Virus record (IMG/VR): IMGVR_UViG_3300025018_000300
Span: 1 to 37,218 of that record
DNA length: 37,218 bases
Direction: 5' to 3' (one strand)
From: a virus
Lineage: Duplodnaviria; Caudoviricetes
Part shown: one piece after another, positions 37,015-37,218 of the stretch
Layout of the letters: the number at the start of each line of letters is the position of its first letter
Position numbering within the stretch: the stretch's first letter is position 1
Made by a program: the position numbers and the translations under genes
The notes under the pieces: generated by a model
Databases searched by the model: none
Told to the model about the DNA's origin: nothing
Seen by the model: the letters and a program-made list of their open reading frames with translations, nothing else

Positions 37015-37035
37015 TATTTATCGTTTCTATAAATA
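37015..37035. promoter_or_regulatory. divergent GATAAATA (-) and TATAAATA (+) boxes upstream of portal
   Basis: tatttatc at 37015-37022 and tataaata at 37028-37035. Confidence 0.55.
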
Positions 37036-37116
37036 GTGGTCTTGGTCGTAGGGGGAATGGTGTATTGAAGTATTTAATTCGAAAAGCATAGGGTGTGTTC
37101 AACTGTATTCAATGAT

Positions 37117-37211
37117 TATCAAAGACAATGACCATACTCAAAGACAATACTCAATGGAATATCAAAGACAATGATTGGTCTGCGGAGCAATCATTTGATT
37201 GGTCTGCGGAG
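37117..37211. repeat. cluster of short direct repeats at right end
   Basis: TCAAAGACAAT three times (37119, 37138, 37162); TGATTGGTCTGCGGAG twice (37172, 37196). Confidence 0.85.
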
Positions 37212-37218
37212 GAGATTT

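Noticed and set aside
37117-37218. Mini CRISPR array
   Set aside because: Repeats are 11-16 bp with short irregular spacing; no cas genes.
1-37218. Prophage, or terminal direct repeats
   Set aside because: No integrase, repressor, att site or host genes were recognised, and the two ends share no visible sequence.

Overview
The window is a near-complete (about 37 kb) genome of a tailed bacteriophage with podovirus-type architecture. The left arm (+ strand) has an iteron-rich putative origin, a DUF3987/YfjI-like helicase, an AEP primase and small accessory genes including an FkbM methyltransferase and an HNH nuclease. The right arm (- strand) encodes portal, GroES, scaffold, cement and major capsid proteins, four Mtd_N-domain fibre/tailspike genes, tail adaptor and nozzle, three ejection proteins, TerL and a GH24 endolysin, with a T4-T-like holin on the opposite strand. 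I could not recognise a DNA polymerase, RNA polymerase, sigma factor, integrase, repressor or TerS. Four signals stand out. (1) A T4-late-type (N)ATAAATA box precedes essentially every transcription unit although no gp55-like sigma is visible, suggesting dependence on a T4-like helper. (2) A clamp-loader-like AAA+ module (one intact copy, one degenerate copy) is inserted in the 1486-aa ejection protein. (3) Two small adaptor proteins carry 13-residue D-[YWF]-G repeats in triplets whose number (1 and 3) matches the number of Mtd_N genes directly downstream (1 and 3), suggesting a peptide-socket code for docking receptor-binding trimers. (4) An unannotated ~75-nt RNA is complementary to the replication-gene leader. 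All family assignments come from motif recognition by eye; no searches were run.
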